From Squalus acanthias (lineage: Eukaryota): 64,000 bases of DNA. Where the stretch lies: NCBI GenBank assembly GCA_030390025.1, contig JASTWF010000350.1:372001-436000 (forward strand). Reading direction: 5' to 3'. A program made the position numbers and the translations under genes. Below the pieces are notes generated by a model, which ran no database searches, was not told where the DNA came from, and was given only the letters and a program-made list of their open reading frames with translations. Shown here one piece after another: positions 58,326-64,000 of the stretch (position 1 is its first letter; every line of letters begins with the position of its first letter).

Positions 58326-58688
58326 TTTTTTTATTCGTTCATGGGATGTGGGCATCGCTGGCAAGGCCAGTATTTATTGCCCATCCCAAATTGCCCTCGA
58401 GAAGGTGGTGGTGAGCTGCCTTCTTGAACCGCTGCAGTCTGTGTGGTGAAGGTACTCCCACAGTGCTGTTAGGGAGGGAGTTCTAGGATTTTGACCCAGC
58501 GACGATGAAGGATCGGCGATATACTTCCAAGTCAGGATGGTGTGTGACTTGGAGGGGAACTTGCAGGTGGTGGTGTTCCCATGCTCCTGCTGCCCTTGTC
58601 CTTCTAGGTGGAAGAGGTCGCGGGTTTGGGAGGTGCTGCCGAAGGAGCCTTGGTGAGTTGATGCAGTGCATCTTGTAGATGGTACACA
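58326..58688 (-). mobile_element. Non-LTR LINE 3' end (same family as 37160-37645)
   Basis: CTIYKMHCINSPRLLRQHLPNPRPLPPRRTRAAG..HTILTWKYI on the minus strand with an A-rich tail at 58326. Confidence 0.7.
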
Positions 58689-59210
58689 CATAAGAACGTA
58701 AGAACATAAGAAATAGGAGCAGGCGTAGGCCATTTGGCCCCTCGAGCCTGCTCCGCCATTCAATAAGATCATGGCTGATCTGATCTTGGCCTCAACTCCA
58801 CTTTTCTGCCTGTTCCCCATAACCCTTGACTCCCCTGTAGTTCAAGTATCTGTCTATCCCCACTGTGAATATATTCAATGACTCCGCCTCCACAGCTCTC
58901 TGGGGTAGAGAATTCCAAAGATTCATGACTCTCTGAGAGAAGAAATTCCTCCTCATCTCCATCTTAAATGGGCGACCCCTTATCCTGAAACTATGCCCCC
59001 GAGTTCTAGATTCCCCCACGAGGGGAAACATCCTCTTAGCATCTACCCAGTCAAGCCCCCTCAGAATCTTCTATGTTTCAATAAGATCACCTCTCATTCT
59101 TCTAAACTCCAATGAGTATAGGCTCAACCTGCTCAACCTTTCTTCATAAGACAACCCCTTCATCTCCGGAATCAACCTCGTGAATCTTCTCTGAACTGCC
59201 TCCAATGCAA

Positions 59211-59678
59211 AGAAGAAAGACTTGTATTTATATAGCGTCTTTCACGACCACCGGATGTCTCAAAGCACTTTACAGCCAATAAAGTACTTTTTTTGGAGTG
59301 TAGTCACTGTTGTAATGTGGGAAACGTGGCAGCCAAGTTGCACACAGCAGGGTCCCACAAACAGCAATGTGATAATGACCAGATAATCTGTTTTTTAGTT
59401 ATGTTGATTGAGGGATAAATATTGGCCAGGACACCAGAGATAACTCCCCTGCTCTTCTTCAAAATAGTGCCAGCAGATCTTTCACATCCACCTGAGAAAG
59501 CAGACGGGGCCTCAGTTTAATGTCTCATCCGAAAGATGGCACCTCTGACAGTGCAGCACTCCCTCAGTGCTGCACTAGAATATCAGTCTAGATTTTTTTT
59601 TGTTCCTGGAGTAGGACTTGAACTCACAACCTTCTGCCTCACAGAGGCAAGAATGCTACCCACTGAGCCACAGCTGAC
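59211..59678 (-). mobile_element. Deu-domain SINE inserted in CR1
   Basis: Full head-to-tail homolog of 38238-38648; the CR1 sequence resumes on both sides. Confidence 0.85.
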
Positions 59679-60288
59679 ATGGCAAACATATCCCTCCTTA
59701 AATAAGGAGACCAAAACTGCACACAGTACTCCAGGTGTGACCTCACCAACGCCCTGTGCATTTGTAGCAAGACTTCCCTACTTTTATACTCCAACCCCTT
59801 GCAATAAAGGCCAACATTCCATTTGCCTTCCTAATTACTTGCTGTACCTGCATGCTAACTTTTAGTGTTTCATGTATGAGGACCCCCAGATCCCTCTGTA
59901 CCGCAGCATTCTGTCGTCTCTCTCCATTTAAATAATATTTTGCTTTTCTATTCTTCCTACCAAAGTGGATAACCTCACATTTTCCCACATTATACTCCAT
60001 CTGCCAAATTTTTGCCCGCTCACTTAACCTATCTATATCCCTTTCCAAACTCTTTGTGTCCTCCTCACAATTTGATTTCCCACCTATCTTTGTATTGTCA
60101 GCAAACTTGGCTACAGTACACTCGGTCCCTTCATCCAAGTCATTAATATAGATTGTAAATAGTTGAGGCCCCAGCACTGATCCCTGTGGCACCCCACTAG
60201 TTACAGTTTGCCAACCTGAAAATGACCCATTTATCCCGACTCTCTGTTTTCTGTTGGTTAGCCAATCCTCTACCCATGCTAATATAAT

Positions 60289-61239
60289 GGCCCAGAAATT
60301 AAAGACTGAGTGTTGACGCGGGGGTAAGGCTTCCCCGCGATCTCTCACTCCGCGTTGGCTTTTTCAGATCCAGCTCACACGAACTTCATGTTCTAGACAT
60401 CAGCTGGGCAGTGCTTGCGTATCCCACCGGCGTAGTGAATTCGTGCGAGCTGTGGGATCACGTGACTCAGTTAGAGCCAATGGCAGCACACCATCTTTCA
60501 TTCATAGAAACATAGAAACATAGAAACTAGGAGCAGGAGTAGGCCATTCGGCCCGTCGAGCCTGCTCCACCATTCAATACGATCATGGCTGATCATTCAA
60601 GTCCAGTACCCTGTCGCTGCTTTTAATCCCCACAGTACACATATCCCACCCTACCCCCATAACCCCACGTATTTAATTCCCCCTAACATATCCCATCCTA
60701 TCCCCATAACCCATAAGTTTCACATAAGTGCTGTGAAAGCTATGAATCTTACACACCCCCAAAATAACAGCTAAACCTCAATTAAATTAAAATAAAACCA
60801 TCACATTAATAAAATAAGTATAGTTAAATAAATTAACCATTTTAAATAAAAAATTAAATTTTTGAAAAAATTTAAAATCTTTTAAAAAGTTATAAAAATA
60901 AACTTACCTGTCTTTAAAGTCTCTAAAAAAGATATACCTGTTAAAAAAAATTCAAAATAATACTTAATTCACTACTTACCTTGTTAAAAGTGGGTCTTAC
61001 TCCTCCTTTTTTCATTTCTAAAATCTTCCGTCCTTACCTGCGCGTCCAAAGCACTAAGTGCACAGCGTGCACGCAGCCTGTAGCGCGCACGCGGTGCACC
61101 GAGGAACCGCCCCCTTTTCCAAAAACCAAGTGCCGGTTTTCAGCGCATGCGCAGTGCATGCAGAAAACCGGCAATTGGTGACAGAATACGCGAGAGTACA
61201 CAGTGCGTACTCTCGCGTCGCGGGACTAATTTTTGGGCC
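60289..61239 (+). mobile_element. TIR MITE copy 2 (same family as 20827-21570) with a nested SINE fragment
   Basis: TIRs GGCCCAGAAATT / AATTTTTGGGCC; flanks AAT (60286-60288) and ATT (61240-61242); colinear with copy 1. Confidence 0.88.
60507..60711 (-). mobile_element. 5'-truncated HE1-like SINE nested in the MITE
   Basis: Matches 27346-27550; CATA repeated at 60503-60506 and 60712-60715; absent from MITE copy 1. Confidence 0.85.
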
Positions 61240-61629
61240 ATTACCCCTAACACCATGAGCTCTTATCTTGTGCAGTAACCTTTTATGCGGCACCTTATCG
61301 AATGCCTTTTGGAAATCCAAATACACCACATCTACTGGTTCCCCTTTATCCACCCTGCTCGTTACATCCTCAAAGAACTCTAGTAAATTTGTCAAACACG
61401 ATTTCCCTTTCATAAAACCATGTTGACTCTGCTTGATTGTATTATGATTTTCTAAATGTCCTGCTACTACTCCCTTGATAATGGATTAATGTTTGTGGGG
61501 TGGGTGGGGGTGGGTGCGCAGGGTTGCTTCGGGCCAATGTTCCTGTGTATCTAGGTGGGCCCCAATGTTTCCTCGACTGAGCAGCCAGAGACTGTATTTC
61601 AGGACAGCTTGGTGCAGATGAGCATCTAA

Positions 61630-62772
61630 AATAGGAAACTAGGATAAAAGGAGTAGGCCATTTAGTCCCTTAGACCTGTTCCGCCATTTCATTAGATCAT
61701 GGCTCATCTGGATCTCCACTCCATTTACCTGCCTTTGCTCCATATACCCTTGATACCATTACCTAACAAAAAACTTGAAAGCTTTAATTGACCCCCAGCC
61801 TCAACAGGTTTTTTGGGGAATTCCAGATGTCCTGAGATCACCCCTGAATAACCTCGCTCTAATTTTAAGATGCTGTCTCCTTGTTCTAGATTCCCCCACC
61901 AAGGAAAATAGTTTCTCTGTATCTACTCTATCGAATCCATTTTAAACACCTCGATTAGATCACTCCTCAACCTTCTAAACTCAAGGGAATACTTCCCAAA
62001 TTTATGCAATCTGTCCTCATAATTCAATCCTTTATGCCCAGTGAATTAGTGTTCAAGGCCAATATACTCTTCCTGAGGTTCGGTGCTCAAAACTAAATGC
62101 AGTACTCCATGAGGTCTGACTAATGTTCTGTACAAATGAAGCATAACTTTCTCCCCTTTGTATTCCTACCCTCCTGAGATGAAGGCCAACATTGCATTAG
62201 CCTTTTTGATTACTTTTTGGACCTGTCCGCTAGCTTTTAGTGATTGGTGTACATGGACACCCAAATCTCTTTGCTTGTTCACAGATCCTAGTCTCTGGCT
62301 GGTTAGAAAATATTCCAATTTGTCTTTCTTGGAGTCAAAGTGGATGACCTCACACTTCCCCACGTTGAACTCCATCTGCCATAGTTTTGCCCTCTCATGT
62401 CCCTTTGTAACTTTCAAGCTCCCATCTGAACAACTTACCTAACTTAGGGTCATCAGCAAACTTGGAGATACAACTCTCTATTCCTTCCTCCAAGTCATTG
62501 ATAAATATGGTGAAAAGCTGAGATCCCAGTACAGATCCCTGGAGAATACCACTAATCACATCCCTCCAATCAGAGTACATTCCCTTTATCCTTATCCTCG
62601 TTTCCAACCTTCCAACCAATTTTCAGCCCATATCCTCAGGTTACCTCCAGTTCCATGCACTTTTATTTTTGCTAATAATCTCTTGTGAGGAAACTTATCG
62701 AATGCCTTCTGGAAGTCCTTCTAGACAACATCCATCAGCACTCCCCTCGCCATCATGTTAGTGACCTCAACA
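61630..62772 (-). mobile_element. Older, decayed CR1 fragment
   Basis: GILQGSVLG, FADD, WQMEFNVGKCEVIHF spread over broken frames, plus a CR1 3'UTR. Confidence 0.85.
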
Positions 62773-63317
62773 AATTGCCGAGGCTGCAGAAGAGGAGTGG
62801 AAGAACCCATGGCCCAAAGTCTTCACTTTCCCTGTTTGAATGCAGGCTGCTTCCTGTTTGACAATTTTCTCCCCTCTTCCCTTCTGGAACACACTGACTG
62901 GGGGACAGATTTGTGGATGCCAGCTGCCTTTCAGTACCTCTCCCAGGTGCACGTTCTTCGCGTGAGTCTAGACAGTGACAACTAACTGTCTATTCAACGT
63001 CAAGGGGCATCACAGCTGAGCCAGATTCAGTTGTCACACCCAGCGGTCATTGGACAACCATCAGCAGGTGGAACCTTGGATGAGTTTCCTTCCTCCAGCT
63101 GAGGGGCTGAGGTCAGTTATAAGGTCCCGACTTCTGTCCCAGTTGAGATCAGCTAACTTAGCAGGACCAGGACCGTCTGGACTCTACGGCTTATTTACAC
63201 AAATCAGCCATGGGGGAGCTCAAAAATCATCCTCCTTTAAACTGAGGAAATTTAAAGTGATAGCCCACATTTTTCTGTAATTAACTCTCTTGTATTTATC
63301 GCCTGATTTCTAAAGGC

Positions 63318-63785
63318 CAGAATGATACCGGGGCTAAAAGGGTTAAATTATGAGGACAGGTTGCATAGACGAGGTTTGTGCTCCCTTGAGTTTAGAAGAT
63401 TAAGGGGTGATCTAATCGAGGTGTTTAAGATGATTAAAGGATTTGATAGGGTAGATAGAGAAAAACTATTTCCTCTGGTAGGAGTGTCCAGAACAAGGGG
63501 GTGTAATCTTAAAATTAGTGCTAGACCGTTCAGGGGTGATGTCAGGAAGCACTTCTTCACACAAAGGGCAGTGGAAATCTGGAACTCTCTCCCCCAAAAA
63601 GCTGTTGAGGCTGGGGTCAATTGAGAATTTAAAAACTAAGATTGATAGGTTTTTGTTAGGTAAGGGTATTAAGGGCTACAGAAGCAAGGTGGGTAAATGG
63701 AGTTAAGACACAGATCAGCCGTGATCTGATTGAATGGCAGAACAGCATCGACAGGCTGAATGCCTACGACTGTTATTCTATGTTC
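63318..63785 (+). mobile_element. CR1 3' fragment
   Basis: MIPGLKGLNYEDRL...RRLRGDLIEVFK...FFTQRAVEIWNSLP followed by the 3'UTR and ttctatgtt tail. Confidence 0.9.
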
Positions 63786-64000
63786 CAGCAACAGCAATAC
63801 CTCAACCTCTTCAGTTTCACTTCCAGATTTGGTAAATTACAGTAAAAGTCTATTCATTGGCGGGGTGGGATTCTCAGACGTTAGCAGTCAGTTTCTTCCT
63901 CAAATCACGCATTTCACAATGACTTGAACCCATTCTACATTTCACATCCCCGCAGCACGAGGAATAGCAAACCTACCAGCTGATACTGAGTGCTGTACTA

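Larger units (their letters stand above)
58689..61490 (-). mobile_element. 5'-truncated CR1 LINE carrying a nested Deu-SINE and MITE
   Basis: (CATAAGAA)n tail at 58689; RT motifs LDFQKAFDKVPH (61413-61240), GVPQGS/FADN (60285-59743), ESRTRGH (59031-58792). Confidence 0.92.

Overview
Repeat-dense vertebrate genomic DNA, most likely from a cartilaginous fish (inferred from HE1/V-SINE-like and SacSINE1/Deu-like SINEs and shark-type CR1 LINEs). I found no host gene exon that I can support. 1-27.3 kb is a 32-bp satellite array with two N gaps, interrupted by a 7.3-kb CR1-plus-CR1 composite that carries a 744-bp TIR element. 27-39.8 kb and 52.7-64 kb are a mosaic of SINEs, L2/CR1/RTE/Penelope fragments, hammerhead-ribozyme motifs and two further tandem arrays (67 bp and 69 bp). 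The centrepiece is a young, full-length 12.86-kb provirus (39855-52716). It has 1732-bp near-identical LTRs, a CAGC TSD and a tRNA-Arg PBS. Its coiled-coil Gag carries overlapping PSAP/PPxY late domains and is followed by an in-frame UGA-CUAG junction to pol. Pol has a degenerate tether plus a second RNase H. The intact env joins an Ig-like domain to an F-type class I fusion protein. This architecture is lokiretrovirus-like rather than classical ERV or ordinary Gypsy; that classification is inferred from motifs and needs phylogenetic confirmation.
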